A DNA stretch of 64,000 nt from Patellaria atrata CBS 101060 (Eukaryota), in contig MU006093.1 of assembly GCA_010093705.1 (NCBI GenBank), positions 367,557-431,556 of the forward strand, read 5' to 3'. A model generated the notes under the pieces. That model did no database searches. It had not been told where the DNA came from and saw only the letters and a program-made list of their open reading frames with translations. Positions within the stretch are counted from its first letter, which is position 1. Every line of letters starts with the position of its first letter. Below, in pieces: positions 63,661 to 64,000 of the stretch. The position numbers and the translations under genes were made by a program.

Positions 63661-64000
63661 GGGTTTGTGGGTAGTAGGACTTCGAATGAAGTGGAAACTG
63701 CTGTATTTAATCACAGTGTAATGTCACCGGGGTCACTCACATCGATGAAACGAGTAATAGCTTCTCTCAGACTCGTAGCAAACTGATAAAAGTCTCGTAA
63801 TCTGATGAGTGCACAATCCAGTTACCCAACCGTGAACACGGGATTGAAGATAAAACACTGTACTCCGCTGACTAACTGAATTCATCGACACACACACACC
63901 ACAAAACGCTCCGAATAGACAATGACATCCCCACCGAACAATATATATTCAACACCTCACGAACCCACGCATCCCAAGCCCCCAAAGTTAACTCGCAACA

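Overview
Eukaryotic, intron-rich fungal genomic DNA (Pezizomycotina; class not assignable from sequence alone). The window opens with the 3' end of a hAT DNA transposon inserted just upstream of RTF1. It then carries about 24 mostly housekeeping protein-coding loci: RTF1, a histidine phosphatase, a class II aldolase, a TALE-homeobox/C2H2 factor, an OPT transporter, ECH1, a PGAP4-like protein, RACK1/cpc2 (with an intronic U24 snoRNA), kinesin-1, RAD6/UBC2, MSS116, an SDR, a secreted HEXXH metalloprotease-like protein, a CAP22-like protein, NCL1/TRM4, U1-C, ILV5, UBC12, a disrupted RIB7-like locus, a class III chitin synthase, a DUF218-like protein and a serine racemase-like protein. The standout signal is at 48.2-49.1 kb. 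A tRNA-His(GUG) gene has its D-stem interrupted by a 53-nt GTAAGC...CTAAC...CAG spliceosomal-type intron, in addition to a normal 37/38 tRNA intron. Next to it, the U1-C gene can only encode its conserved N-terminus through a U2-like AT-AC intron and a 6-nt micro-exon. Exon boundaries were read by eye and product calls come from remembered family motifs; no searches were run.
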